Of a stretch of 64,000 bases of DNA, positions 63,901 to 64,000 are shown one piece after another. The position numbers and the translations under genes are program-made. The DNA is from Lytechinus pictus (lineage: Eukaryota). The first letter of the stretch is position 1; the number at the start of each line of letters is the position of its first letter. The notes beneath the pieces are model-generated. The model did not search any database and was not told where the DNA came from. It worked only from the letters and a program-made list of their open reading frames with translations. The stretch lies in contig NC_087251.1 of the NCBI RefSeq assembly GCF_037042905.1, positions 10,914,001 to 10,978,000 of the forward strand. Direction: 5' to 3'.

Positions 63901-64000
63901 CCCTTTACAGCAAGAACCTGCTCCGTCTTCGTCGTCTCGTTCTCCAGTTCGTCTTCATTCGACCGATCTGTAACTTCATCGCTCTTATTCTTTGGGCCGA
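60925..64000 (+). CDS. Organic solute transporter alpha (SLC51A)/TMEM184-family membrane protein, 5' part
   Basis: Exons 60925-60979, 61935-62095, 62697-62770, 63233-63391 and 63911 to window end are GT-AG bounded with consistent phases. Hydrophobic segments with ILGIYP, LYIPRA, SPPLLCFFPCLP and LQFVFIRP motifs are typical of OST-alpha. Confidence 0.88.

Overview
AT-rich, repeat-dense eukaryotic genomic DNA with spliceosomal introns. The repeat families and gene content suggest an invertebrate deuterostome, probably a sea urchin (inference). Four protein-coding genes were reconstructed from splice signals and reading frame: (1) a 5-exon MAT2B/RmlD-like reductase (+, 4807-27656, 301 aa) whose 19.7-kb intron 3 carries an antisense histamine N-methyltransferase-like exon and many transposon remnants; (2) a single-coding-exon AID/APOBEC-like (SNAD-like) zinc-dependent deaminase (-, 34407-35021), preceded by a tight cluster of NF-kB-type sites; (3) an 11-exon fungal/bacterial-type PLP cysteine synthase with a mitochondrial-type presequence (-, 38106-52577, 365 aa); (4) the 5' part of an OST-alpha/SLC51A-like membrane protein (+, 60925 to window end). 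The window also holds a 5'-truncated L1/Tx1-clade LINE with poly(A) and a 12-bp TSD, two older LINE fragments, a tRNA-derived SINE, several MITEs with TTAA or 8-bp TSDs, a Helentron-associated-type tandem-repeat element, a 90-bp-arm hairpin insertion and microsatellites. The best candidate for an undescribed system is the deaminase with its putative immune-inducible promoter. It may also be linked by splicing to the upstream cysteine synthase transcript, which is speculative.
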